Source: Guillardia theta CCMP2712 (lineage: Eukaryota > Protista > Cryptophyta). Taken from it: 64,000 bases of DNA. This document shows, piece by piece, positions 51,380 to 64,000 of the stretch. A model generated the notes under the pieces. It was not told the DNA's origin. It worked only from the letters and a program-made list of their open reading frames with translations, and searched no databases. A program made the translations under genes and the position numbers. The stretch's first letter is position 1; the number at the start of each line of letters is the position of its first letter. The stretch lies in assembly GCF_000315625.1 (NCBI RefSeq), contig NW_005434620.1, positions 91,719-155,718 on the forward strand, read 5' to 3'.

Positions 51380-52219
51380 TCAACAGTGTCTGAGATAAAT
51401 CATAATGCACAACAAGAAACAAACTATGTGAATTGCATATTCCGGCCTTGTTAGACTGGCACCTGCGAAACAAGAGCAGCTTTGCTGCGTGGCCTGTTTG
51501 TGTGCAACGTCAACAAACACGTCTCATCACAGCAGTATCCTCACTGTATCCACTCCATTGACACAAGTTTGTGCAGCCACTTGTCCCGACATAACAAAGT
51601 CACTGCACCTGTCGCACCATCATGGCCTGTCCATGTCCTGACTCCTCCACCCTCTGACCTTGCGGTAGCGATCTTGTCACCGGAGGAAGCGGCACAGCTC
51701 TTGAATGCCGTGTAGCATGAATCCCAGCAGAGCTGAGTAATCATATCAGAGGAGAGACAAAACCAGCAGACCGTCTCTTACCGGCACTGTGATTCGATAC
51801 CGGCAAAGGGGAAAGTAGAGCCCGCACACAAAACGGCTGAAGACTTGAATCTGATGAGCAGCAGACAGTGAGGATGTGTGCGTATGAGAGCGCCATTGCA
51901 GCTCACGCAGTAGTCGTCGTTCTTCATCCTGTAGATCGCAAGGGATCGAACCTGCTCACGATCGAGTTGAGAGGGGGAGGGAGCAAAGGGATCGAGGTCT
52001 ACCGCCATGTATGCTTCGTTGTCACCTCCAGGATACGCGCAAACATCAGCTGTGATGCGACAACTGCATGACATGCATCACAAGCGAAAGTCAATCCTGG
52101 ATCGCTTACAATTTATTTTCTGTTGGTCGGCTGCAGTTGGCCATGCAGTAGCCGGTGGAACTGGCAGGAGGAACGAGGACCAGGAGGCAGAAAAGACAAA
52201 AGAGGAAGCGCATCGACAT
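51380..52219 (-). CDS. Small secreted Cys-rich protein, probable GPI anchor (Frizzled/folate-receptor CRD-like)
   Basis: Signal peptide MRFLFCLFCLLVLVPPASS; LCAGSTFP..C, LCWDSCYTAFKSC; hydrophobic C-terminus SCFAGAS..IHIVCFLLCIMIYL. Confidence 0.6.
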
Positions 52220-53608
52220 CCGACGGATGTAAGCGAGAGCAAGAAGGAATGTTGCTGATCGTGCCGCCTTCACATTTCAACTATATGCTTTCAACATGCG
52301 GCAGCACAACACTCAGGTACTTGCAAGTTTCTGTGCTTTTCTGGAATCTTGTTTGTAACTACTATGCTCGCTTCCGATTGATCCTTCACCTTGCCTCACT
52401 ACCTACTCGAGCTGCTGCTGCTCGTGCTGCTGCTCCTGCTGCTGCTGCTCCTCCTCCTCCTCCTGCTCCTCTTCCAACAAGAGCCTCCCTACCTCCCTTC
52501 GCAGTCCTGCTGCCTACCAACGACAGCCACATCCTTTCCACCCCCACCCCTCACACCCACCACCCCTTCATATCCCTGTGTACTACCCTGTCTCACCTAC
52601 CACCCTCCTTTCCCATCGCAAACCTCCTTGGCTATTTTCGACAGTGCCTTGTCTCCATGGCTCCGACCGAACTCCTGCCCGCTGCTGCTGCTGCTGCTCC
52701 TCCTCCTCCTCCTCCCTCTCCTCCTCCCTCTCCTCCTCCCTCTCCTCCTCCCTCTCCTCCTCATTCTCTTCCTCGACGGTCTTGTCACCCATCACCAACG
52801 CCAACTCCTCATGCATATTTCATGCTCACAGTCTTGCCTCCCCTTTTCCTGCTCCTTCTCTTCTCCCTCCACTTGAAGTCACGGAGGAGAGTCGTCTGCT
52901 TCTGTGGGGATCCAACTAACGTTCTCTCTCTCAGCTGTCATCATGTTCGCTCTTCTTCAGAAGCTGCACGATGAGACGATGGTGAGTTGAGCTGAGGGTC
53001 CATGGGGCTTGACGTGCATGGCAGACTCAGAGTCTCTGGCCATTGGACCTGTACTCGGACTGCAAGAGCGGCAACCACCACAGCACGGGGGAGGAAGGGA
53101 TGTCCGACTGCGCTGAGGACGTTGACAACGGTAGTGAGGAGGAGCGATGTGGGCGACGAGGATAACGATCGTGTGCAGACACCCTGGACATGACGAAGGC
53201 CCCGTACGCCATCGGGAGGAGGAGCCTGCATCCTACCATGTTCGCGTGAAGATGCGAGGGAAGGATGGCAACGACTGTACTTTATCTCGTCCTTACCTTG
53301 ATGACCCGTGAAGATTACTGTTGACATCGACCGAAGGGAATTTCCGAGGGAGGAGAGGAGAGGAGGAGATGGGTTAGAGGAGTGCAGAGGAGAGGAGGGG
53401 AGATGGGTTGGGGGGGGGGTGGGAAGTGACGGGGAAAGAAGGGCAGGGGAGCAGGAGGGATTAGATTGGAGGGAAGTGGTATGGGAGAGGAGAGGAGAGG
53501 AGCGGATGGATTGGAGGGGAGAAGACTAAACGTTTCACAACTCGTTTACTCGGCAGGGTTGAGTGAGTCCTAGAGGAGGAGCTGATCAAGGTGAAAGAAT
53601 CTCCTCGC

Positions 53609-55633
53609 CTATCGCAGCTCGACGTTGAGCTTCTTCGCCACGAGCTCTCGCACTTGCTCCTGGATCTTGTCCACCTCCTCGTTGGTCAACGATCGATCCA
53701 TGGCCCTGTGCTTACGTCAGCCAAGGGGAGGGGAATAAGAGCAGAGGAGGGAAGAGGGGGAGGCGAACGAAGAGGGAGATCGGCCATGGCGAGCAGAGAA
53801 TGGCAGATGGAGGGAGAGGAGAATATGAAGGAGGGAGGGAGCAGGAGGAGGGAGGGAGGGAGAGAGGTGAAGGAAGGAGGGAGGGAAAGAGGAGGAAGAG
53901 GGAGGGAGAGGGGACGAGGAGGGCTGTCACCTGTAGTTTATGCGATAACAGTGGGAGGTCTTTCCCTTCTTGGGGTTGTCGAACCTGCAGAGCAGCCGTC
54001 ATGCCAGGACGAGACGAGAAGCTCGGGCTACTTGTCAACCAACTCCACGCTCTCCACAATGTCACCGGCGATGTTTCTGTGGGGGCATGAAGGGTCAACG
54101 CGACCGGCAGCCGCAGGCTCCTCACTGACCTCACGAGCTCGAAGAAGTTGTTCTCCTGCCAGTCCCCAGGAAGCCAGAAAGACACGTCCTGTGCCCTTGT
54201 TGAGGATGGGGAGGAGGAGGGGGAGGAAGAAAGGAAGAGGGGAAGAGAAGATGCAGAGATGGATAGGGGCAAGGGAGGAAGAGGAAGAGGAAGGAGGAGG
54301 AGGAGGAGGAGGAGGAGGAGGAGGAGGAGGAGGAGGAGGAGGAGGAGGAGGAAGGAAGGAAGGAAAAGGAGGGAGAGAACGGGTCTCAGTACCTTGTAGC
54401 AAGGAGGATACTTAGAGAAAGGTTGGAACTTTGTGATCACTCCATCCTTGAATTGTTTCAAAAATCGTTCTGCCCAGGTCAAGTCTCAGCAATTTTCGCA
54501 CAAGCAACAAATCTCCTCCCGCTGTCGTTCCCTTCCTTCTCTCCCTCTCCCTCCTTTCCTTTTCCTCTCCCCGTCCTCCCCTCTCCTCCCTCTCAAGCTG
54601 ACCGTCTTCAGTCCAGAAGAGTCGGATGTCCTGCCTGACGTCAGACTCCAGCAGCAGCTCAGCTCAGCTCAGCTCAGCTCAGCTCACCGGGATGTCAAAG
54701 AGCACCATGGCGAGACGCTCAAGACCGAGACCGAAGGCCCACCCGTGCTGCGGGTGACGTCAGCAGCCGGAGGTCAGCCGGGAAAGCTACCGCATCCTTC
54801 ATCTCGCAGCCGTCGAGGATCTGCTGCTGGATGACGCCGCAGCCGAGAACTTCCAGCCACTTGTCCTGGTAGAAGATCTCGAGCTACAAGCCAGTTACCC
54901 TCCTCCTCCTCCTCCTCTTCCTCCTCCTCCTCCCTTCCCATCTCTTCTTCACATTCCTCCTCTCTCTCCCTCCCCTCCTTCACCTCGTAGGAAGGCTCCG
55001 TGAAGGGGAAGTAAGCATCAACCCAACGCTTCTCCACCTTTACGTATGTGAACGACGAAGAAAGACAGGAGGGAGAGAGGGAGGAGAGGGAGGAGAGGGA
55101 GGGAGGAGAGGGAGGGAGGAGAGGGAGGGAGGAAGAGAGATCAAGATCAGCTGACCGGTCCGAAAATGGCGTCAACCATGCCTGAGTGAAAGAGTTATTG
55201 GGAGAAAAGGCAGGAAGACGAAGGAAGGAAGTGAACGAAGGAGGAAGGAAGTAGAAGAAGAAGAGGACCAAAGGATGAGAGAGGTTCACCTTCGAGATGG
55301 TCCTTGAGGTCTTCAGAGCACATCTTGACCCACTGCTCGCTGCTCTCCAATCAGCCCCCCCCCCCCCCTCCCCCTCCTCTCAGCCTCCTCCCCCTCACAG
55401 CCTCTGTCTCTTGCTCCACTCACCGATCCTCCATGCCAGTGCATTCTTTCAAGATCTTCACTCCCTCCATTTGATGAAACCTGTCATCACCATCCTCAGC
55501 GTCTTTGAATCTTCAATCATCATCATCATCTTCTTCTTCTTCTTCGTCATCATCATCAAAAACAACAACGCCATCGTCGTCATCATCGTTATCGTGATCA
55601 TCATCATCATCATCAACGTCATCGTCATCATCA

Positions 55634-55670
<37 letters not shown>

Positions 55671-55771
55671 GATCTTCTTTCAAACTCACGCAGGGTAGTG
55701 AGAAGCGTCAATCTCATCGCGTCTGTAAACATCGCCAGTGCCTGCGAAGTTACATCACAACTCCCCTAAAG

Positions 55772-55840
<69 letters not shown>

Positions 55841-55853
55841 ATGATGCTTCTGC

Positions 55854-55884
<31 letters not shown>

Positions 55885-56100
55885 CCTGTTCTCCTTCCCC
55901 CAACTTCTGCTCTCTTCTCCATCCTCTTCTCCACCTTCTCCACTTACAGAGAAATTTTCTGCTCCCTCCCCGGAGGAGCTCGGTCTGGTGTGCGCTGGTG
56001 TGGGTGCGGAGGAGGCGATCCTGGTCGAGGTAGTAGGTGTCGGATGGTCGACGGCTGACGTGATCCTTGGGAATGAGGAGATCGTCGAAGCACTGAAGCT
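53609..56100 (-). CDS. FARS2: Organellar monomeric phenylalanyl-tRNA synthetase; N-terminus missing, probably in the gap
   Basis: [27 protein letters not shown]; [15 protein letters not shown]; FHQMEG; YFPFTEPS; WLEVLGCG; [12 protein letters not shown]; DIRLFW; anticodon-binding domain [19 protein letters not shown]. Confidence 0.93.
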
Positions 56101-56227
56101 GATGTGAGAAGGAGAGAGGAGGGAGGAGGGAGGAGGGAGGAGGGAGGAGGGAGGAGGAGGGGGAGGGGGAGGGGAGAGGAGAGGGAGGGAGTGGGAAGTG
56201 GGAAGGGGAAAGGGAGTGGGAAGGAGT

Positions 56228-56326
56228 NNNNNNNNNNNNNNNNNNNNNNNNNNNNNNNNNNNNNNNNNNNNNNNNNNNNNNNNNNNNNNNNNNNNNNNNN
56301 NNNNNNNNNNNNNNNNNNNNNNNNNN
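56228..56326. other. Assembly gap (N run)
   Basis: N run within a purine-rich tract. Confidence 1.
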
Positions 56327-56655
56327 NGAGGGGAGGGAGGAGAGGGGAGAGGAAAGAGTTTCAAGCAGATTAGCTATGAGATTTTCAGAAAGAGAGAAAG
56401 AGAGGTGGAAAACGAGATTAGATGATTCTTATAATCCAGTAGGACTGTAAATACGAGGATGTCATGAATTTTATGATGTACTTGCAGTGTATATTTCACG
56501 CGTTTTTTTTTTTTTGCATTTCCCAAGCAAGCATGAGTGATCGTTTGAAAGTTGTACCATTCATTTCCGTCAAAGGGCGTGTACAGCAGGCACGATTCAA
56601 GGGCAATGGTGAGGTAGCAGGGATGGAGGGAGAGTTCGTTCTGAAGGGGTATGAC

Positions 56656-58480
56656 TCACTTCTCCCATGGGAATGGAGTAAACTTCTTCCTTGCTTCCTC
56701 TGAGAACTTCTTGTCTCGCAAGTTGAGCATGTCTACATGTTAGTCGTCAGTCCCAGGCTCCTCATCCTCGTGTGCAGCAGCTCGCACTCACCCTTCTGAA
56801 GGGCTGGGGGGATGAAGAAGCCCCCTGCCGCCATCTTCTCGGTCCTAGCGCAGTGCTCTGGCTCACCGGCGGTCCAGATGCGGCCGGGCCCCTGAGCATG
56901 CCGGTCAGGATCAACTTCTGACTCTGACCCTCTCGCAACCTTGGGATCCTTCTTGGACGATCGCACGGCACGTAGGAAGTTACCAGCGTTCTTCTGTTGG
57001 AGGGAGGAGAGGTCAATCAGGGGCTAGCAGTAGGATCCAGCCCCCTGAGGCAAGCTCACCTTGAACGTCGGGAGGTCGCACATGGACTCTATGTCGATGG
57101 CCAAGAAGATGTGGCCGAGAGGCATGGGCTTCTTCGCTCCGGTCTTGCGGTCTGCCGTGACATCAGCACTCAGATTGATGCTAGTTACATACTGGCATAC
57201 CAACACCAGCGAGTTCCTCTCCGAACGGCCCGCTCTGGAAAGCCGTGCAGAGAAGCTCGACTGTAGCGGCCCATCCATATCCCTTATAGCCTCCCATCTC
57301 ATCTCCAGCTCCTCCGACAGGGCACAGCGCTGCTCTGCCTTTGACAAGGTCTTGGAGAATTCCCTCTGTGTCGGTTCGCTCGTTTCCGTCGAGGTCGATC
57401 ACCTGCCCGCGCGGGGTGGGCTTGCCCTCTCGGCCGTACCTCTCAATCTTGCCTCTCTGATTGACCGAGGTGGCGCTGGAGGACGTCAGGGGCAGCGAGA
57501 GGAAGTTTGCAGCATCACCAGTCAATCACAAAGGGAAATTCTTCATCAGTCGGAATTCCAAAGCACAGAGGGTTGGTGCCCATCATTCCCTCGACGCCGA
57601 AGGTCGGCTGGAAAATCATTTAGTAGATTACGAGATTGAAAGCGAAGACTGACGGCAATGGAAGGTCTTGCGTTTGTAGTAGAGAATCCCACGCATCCAG
57701 CCTGCAAGCGCGTCAAGAGCTGTCACTGTGAGCTGTAGAGTGTCACTTGAGTGGCCATGGTAGCGTAGTATCCAGCAATGCCATAATGGGTAGAATTTTG
57801 AACGATGACACAACCGATTCCTGCAAAATCAAGCATCAGAAAGCTATCACCAAGAGCAGGATGAAAGAGAATGAAACAAGTCATGAAGGTTCTGTGCTCA
57901 GTGGAGGGATGGAAACAAGAAGTTCGTGAATAACCGTGCTTCTTTGCTTTGTCAATTGCCATCTTCATGCAAGCCGGACCAATAGTCAATCCCAAGCCGT
58001 TGTTTCCATCAACCTAGTGAGCCAGGTTAGTTTCGCTTGATGGATCTCTGATATGCAGACAATGGCCGTCGCATCGTTGTCCTTGATAATCGTGAGAGGG
58101 GCAGTGGACCTCAAGATCCCGTCGTCCAGGCGATCACAATAGATCGGTTTGAGACGCCCTACAGTCAAGGAATCAACTCCTTCTTCACCCTCGTGTACTC
58201 GCGTACCGATGCCATGGCTGCTGATTCCACGCTTATCAGCCTCAATAAGCACATCAGCTGCAGTGTTCGCCTCGTCTTCTGGAACGCCATACTAGGGAAG
58301 AATCAGATTCCAGGAGCTGAGCCAGTAGATCATCAGACCTGTCGGAAGGTCTCGATCATGAAACTAGTCATGTAGTCGAAGTCCACTTTGACACTGCAGC
58401 AACCAAATTCATCGAAGCCCCTCTTGCTGCTTGCAGCACCCACCTCCCAGCGACGGGATCGTCTTTGGTGGGATACCAAT
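56656..58480 (-). CDS. Ldh_2 family (type-2 malate/L-lactate/ureidoglycolate dehydrogenase-like) oxidoreductase; more 5' exons likely upstream
   Basis: ADKRGISSHGIGRLKPIY; DGNNGLG; AIDKAKKHGIGCV..NSTHYGIAGYY; GTNPLCFG; GGYKGYG; GHIFLAID; RIWTAGEPE. Confidence 0.9.
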
Positions 58481-59910
58481 CCTTGGACCATGTCTTGCTA
58501 GTCTATAACGCCAGTCTCAACATACGCCAAATAAATCATATCAAGTCGCACTTTTGTTGGGTGCAATTTGTCATATTCTGCACATGTCAAGTGAGATATT
58601 CCAACCTCAGAAGCCAAATCTATGTACCCGCTCGCAGTTCCGGTGTCAGTTTTGAGAGAAATGACTGACAGGAGCGCGTTAAAACTTTACTCTCAGGTGT
58701 CACCACCAAGTACCTGTATATCAGCAGAGGCCACCACTGCAAAAAGACAGTTCAATGTCAGATGCAGTCAAAGCTACAGATACTGTCTTCAAATATACTC
58801 TTTACACAAATATCACACACGATGTCGCTCTGCACATATAACTACACATTCATTCACGCTTAGAGTGACATGATGACCCCGAAAATGCTTGTTATTGATT
58901 GTACAGGTACATGATCTACACTTTTTATTGCATTCTCACGCAGATCATTTTGACATACATGCTCGTCATCCCTCTTTCTCAGGCCTGCTCTCTGCTGCTT
59001 TCAGGCAAAGCCCCTCCCTCTCTTGCTCATTTTTAACCCAAGAATCAAGCAAACTCTTCATCTTCTGTCTCGGAATGGGTTCTCATTTTCTCGCATTTCT
59101 TTGCATGTACATGTTCTCACTCATGCCTCGATTGAATCATCTATTTCTCCCTGCCATCATTCCTTCTGATATGCCATTTCCTTCGCAGCATGCATCTCTC
59201 CTTGTTCACAGTCTTGTTTCGTGACTCCAAGCCCTCCTTTCCCTCCCTCAACCTCCAGCCATACCGGTGGCGGCGATCGCAAGTAACACCAGGCGCAGCA
59301 GCATTGCGACTGAAGGGATCAGGTTCCGGCAGGTGGAGGGAGGGTGGGTGGGTAGGGGAGTGAGGCATAACCAGGGGTACTTCATATAGAATAGGAGGGG
59401 TGTTGAGAGGAGGTCATCAAATTACAACGGGTTATCGGTGCACGAAACGTGTCGTATCAGGGTAGGGTAAAAAAGGTGGGGTATTCTCAGTGTATATCAG
59501 GGGTACATAGAAAATCCGGAGAACTATGGTAGGGAGGGGGTGGGGTCCCTCAGATGCGACTCTCGAGGCCCACATCCCCACGATGAATGACTACCGAGAT
59601 TGTTCGAAAGTTTGAACTTTGATATTGAAAATTGAAAAATGCCAGGAAATATTCATTCTTGTATTAGGGTTGATAGTATTCCATGCTGCCCCAATAGTTT
59701 TGATTGAAATTAATTTGAGGCGGATCTGCCTTTTTTTTCGCCATGGATAGCGCTGATGGAGTGGGAGGCTGAGCAATGGTTGTTTTCGGTAGGCCCTGCC
59801 ATGACCTCTAGTCACCTCCTCCTGCCATCAGCAGATCTCAAGGATTCCTGTACGACAACTCCTCTCCACCATCCTCTTGAGGCTTTCCTGAGGTGAAAGA
59901 ACACTCTGCC

Positions 59911-62900
59911 ATGGCGTTGGTAGGGAAAGGAGATGTGAAGGAGGAGGGTACTGAGAAGAGGAGGAAGCAGTGGGGACCAGGCCTCCGGATACAATTCATC
60001 CCACCTCCTCCTGGCAGGACCGCTGGACGGAAATGTAAGGATGGTCGATGGCAAGGGCAGTTTCATCTGTTCCAACCGACCGGGAGGGGAATCATGTATT
60101 ACGACACCGGCGATCGGTATGAGGGGACGATGAGCTATGGGAAGAGAGAGTCCGAGACGAAGGGGAACTTTCTCAAGGGAACCTACTTCTTCGCCAACGG
60201 ATCCAAGTACCAAGGGCAGCACTCCAAGGATATGTTCCACGGCAAGGGCAAGTACTGGTTCCCCGATGGGTCGTCGTTCGAGGAGACGTGGCAGAAGGAC
60301 ACGACCGTCATCTCGAACCATGAGTTCAAGAATGGCAGCGTGTACAGCGGCAGCGTGAGGAAGGGGAGGCTGGAAGGGGAGGGGGTGCTGCTGTTTCCCG
60401 ATGGTGACGAGTACCGAGGAGTCTGGCAGCGCGATCACTTTCATGGGAAGGGAGTATACCGCAGCAGGTCGGGGGACTGGTACGAAGGAACGTTTGCGGA
60501 GGGAGGAAAGGACAAGTTGGGGTCGAGAGGAGAGAAGGGAGCAGGGAAGGGACTGGCTTCGCTGACTGATGGTGATGTGTATTACGGGTCTTTCAACGCA
60601 GGTGTGCCCGACGGTAAAGGGAACGTGCTGTTTGCCGATGGAGGCATGCTGGAGGCGACCTTCGAGCATGGGAAATGCGTGGGGAGACGAACGTTTGCCA
60701 ACGGTGATGTGTACGAAGGAGAGTTCAGGATGAATGAGCCGCATGGCGAGGGAAGCTTCACATTCAGGGACGGGACAGTCTGCACAACAACGTTCGATTC
60801 CGCGTCCTTCTCCTTCGAGCGGAGGAACGGGAAGGTGCTCGAGTCAGGCGTGCACCGGAATGGGATACTGCATGGGCCAGGATGCCGAGTCACAGAGAAG
60901 GAGAGCTACTCGGGGGAGTTCTACCAGTCGCTCTACTACGGGAGGGGGACGCTGGAAGTGGCAGAAAGGAATCTCAAGTACGAGGGGGAGTTTGTTGCGG
61001 GGAAGTTTGGAGGATACGGCAAGCTCCTCTACGGTCTTCATCCTCCTGGGCTGGACCCCGAGAGCGAGGAAGCGAAGTGCTATGGGGTCAGCGCGAAGCT
61101 CCCCGGGTGTGGGGTGCTGCCGGAAGGGTGTGAGTACGAAGGGGAGTTCGTGCATGGAATGAGGCAGGGGAAGGGAGAGTTCAGGAGCAAGGAGGAGAGC
61201 TACGTTGGGGAGTTTGATGAGGACATGTACCATGGGAAGGGGTTGTGGACTTGTCATACCGACTCCACAGCATGGAGTGCGGGGAGCAGCTACGAGGGGG
61301 AGTGGGTGTGCGGGAGGAGGGATGGGATGGGAAAGTACGTGAGCGATGTAGGGTACACTTACGAGGGGAGCTGGATGAGGGGGTTGAAGCACGGGGAGGG
61401 GCTAGAGAGAACGGTTCCCCCGGGAGGAAGCGGCATCTACAGCGGGGAGTTCTTCCTGGACCTGCGGCATGGGAAGGGAGCGATGAGATATGACTACGGG
61501 GGGATCTACGAAGGAGAATGGAAGCTGGGGAGGAGAGAGGGAAAGGGGACGGAAGTTTTTATCTCGGGAGGGAAGTACGAGGGGGAGTACTACAACGATC
61601 TGATGAACGGGAGCGGGTGCTACACCGTCCCGCCGGTCACCGTTGAGGAGCAGCGGAGGGCGTACAGGCTGCAGATGCTGGCGCGGGGGGAGCAGGTGCT
61701 GAAGATGACAGACAGGCTGATCGATGAAGCGGAAGTGCTGAGAGCGAAGAGCTTTCTGAGCATGGCGGAGATGTACTTCTCCTCTGCTGGGTACATCGAT
61801 CCTCCTCCCCCCCAGCTCGTACATCAGCTGGGGCGAACGCTCGATGGTGGGTTCGCAGGATGCACGTCCCCCCTGCTGAGAGCGACTGACCCTGAGAGCC
61901 GAGCGAAGGACATGGGTGAGACGATTCTATCCTCTTGTTACTTGGGGTGGAGGTGGGGAGGAGAAGTAAGGAGAAGCAGGGGGGGAGAGCGAGGGGGGGG
62001 TTATGGAGGAGGAAGGAGAAGGACGAGGAGGGGGAGGAGAAGGAAGAGGGAGGAGGAGCACGAGGAGGAGGAGGACGAGCAAGACGAGGCAGCACGATTG
62101 AGAATCAGAGAGGGAGGAGGGAGGGGCAGGAGGGGCGAGTGAGGTTGATGCAGGTCTTCTGAGAGAGAGGTTGTCGCACGCCGTCGGAGAAGTTCTTGAG
62201 GGAGAGAAGACAAACATGCAGAGAGGAAGTCAACATGAGACATCCGCCGCCTTCATCGCCAACCTGGTGAGCCCCGGTGTTCATCTTGTGCTGGGGTGTG
62301 TTGCTAGTCGTCAGCGATCTGCTGTGAACATGTGAAGCTGTCGAGTTGCTCCTTTCCTGTCCTGTCGTTGAGTTCTCTCTTAGGAATCGATTCTCAAGGA
62401 CCTTGAGAGCCCTGGCCAGCCAAGTGAAGCAGCAGAGGAGCTTCCTGACCCCGACAAGTCCGACGGCAAAGAATTAGAGTGGAAGGTTGAATCTATGACA
62501 CTCTCCTCTCGCCGTTCCCCTCCTCACCCTCCCCTTTCTCTTCTTTCCCTTCTTTCCCCTCCTCCAACTTTCCATCTCCTTCTACCTTCTCCTCACTTCA
62601 CCTTCTCCTTCGTTCGTTCCACATTGATCACATCTTCCTGCCCTTTCCCCTCCCGTGCTGCCCCCTCACTTGCTCTCTCCCTGTCCTCCCTGTCCCTCCC
62701 TCCTCCTCAATCGATCGGCAGGACATCGACAACGGCACCTACGAGGGAGAGTTTGTGGACGGCCAGCGCCATGGCCATGGGCTGCGGCGCTATGGCAACG
62801 GGGACGTGTATGTGGGATCATGGCAGGGAGGCAAGAAAAGCGGAAGAGGATTGATGAGGTACATGGACGGCAGCGAGTATGACGGTTTTTTCTGGGAGGG

Positions 62901-64000
62901 ATGCTACCATGGAGAGGGGAGATGGAGGAGCGGGAAGGGATACAGCTACAGGGGATCGTGGATGAACGGGAAGAAGGAGGGAGAGGGAGCGTACTGGTGG
63001 TCAGAGGAAGGAGCAGCCAAGGAGGACTACTATGCTGGGAGGTTTCACGAAGACAAACCGCACGGGGCAGGCAGGAGGATTTTTGCGTCGGGGGCGTCGT
63101 ACGTGGGGGAGTTCAAGGAAGGGTTCTTCGACGGGCAGGGAGTGATGAGGTACGCGGATGGCGCGAGGTACGAGGGACGATGGAGGAGAGACAAGAGGCA
63201 TGGGAGGGGAGTATGGGAGGCGGTCAACGGGGAGAAGTTCAGAGGAGAGTGGGAGGAGGACGTGGCGATGGATGGGTGGGGAGTGATGGAGGACAAGGCG
63301 ACTCGTTCAGTGTACACAGGGGAGGTGAGGAGCAGGAGACGGCACGGCGTTGGTTCCCTTGCCTACAAGGACAAACCTGAGACGTACGAGGGAGAGTGGC
63401 GGGAGGGGAGAAGGCACGGGCGGGGAAGGTCGGAGCATGCAGATGCGACCGGAGGATGGGGGAGCAGGTTCGAAGGGGAGTGGGAGCAGGACAGGGCGAT
63501 CAGTGGGGAGGGGAAGCTCGTCTACTCCAAGTCCTCCTGGTACTCGGGCGAGATCCAACGAGGAGCGAGGCAGGGCAAGGGGACGATGCTGTACGAGGAG
63601 GGGGACGTGTACCATGGCGACTGGAAGACGAACCTGCGGCACGGCCATGGCTGCATGATCAGAGGAAGGGTAACGTACGAGGGGCCCTGGGTCTACGACG
63701 ATGCCGGGGAGGAGGAGGAGCCGGAGTGGAGGCCGTACGAGGAGAGCAACCCTGCTGTGCTGCTGCTGTATGCGAGGAGGGAGTGGGAGGGCATGTGCAG
63801 CCTGCTGGCGTTTCCTCGGGGACGATGCGAACTCTTCGCCAAGTTTGCGGGGAAGGAGGAGGTGATGGAGGTCTGCTCGGGCCCAGCTCGACAAATGGCG
63901 GATGAGATGGTCAGGCTGGGGCACCTGGAGAGAGAGGTGGAGGAAAGCGACATGGCCAACAAGGTTGAACGCCTCCCTCCTCCTCGTACTCTTGCCCTCC
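59911..64000 (+). CDS. Large MORN-repeat protein, continues beyond the window
   Basis: Dozens of YEGEW/F..G..HG.G units in two blocks (~60050-61630 and ~62720-63700), separated by a helical segment and long introns. Confidence 0.9.

Noticed and set aside
52940-53330. Small gene between the Cys-rich protein and PheRS
   Set aside because: Coding-like composition, but no coherent ORF or motif.

Overview
This is eukaryotic nuclear DNA. It is gene-dense with many short GT-AG introns, microsatellite-filled introns and three N gaps. Composition, intron style and a signal-peptide+F plastid presequence suggest a cryptophyte such as Guillardia; this is inference, not verified. Recognisable genes in order: C2-PDZ-PX-coiled-coil protein; fucosyltransferase-like (GT37/GT23-type) protein followed by an F-type (fucose-binding) lectin domain; T1-containing Shaker-type K+ channel with two C-terminal EF-hands; plastid-targeted TauD-family dioxygenase; a coiled-coil protein; PDZ-kinase-TPR protein; RAD50; three RWP-RK transcription-factor copies; ZGRF1; a small Cys-rich GPI-type protein; organellar PheRS; an Ldh_2 dehydrogenase; and a MORN-repeat protein. 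The most striking structure is a +/-/+ triplication of an RWP-RK gene. Two of its copies form a ~2.6-kb-arm palindrome around a 742-bp spacer. The cluster sits between RAD50 and ZGRF1, each of which has an upstream TTTCCCGCC E2F-type site. All gene models were spliced by eye, so boundaries are approximate.
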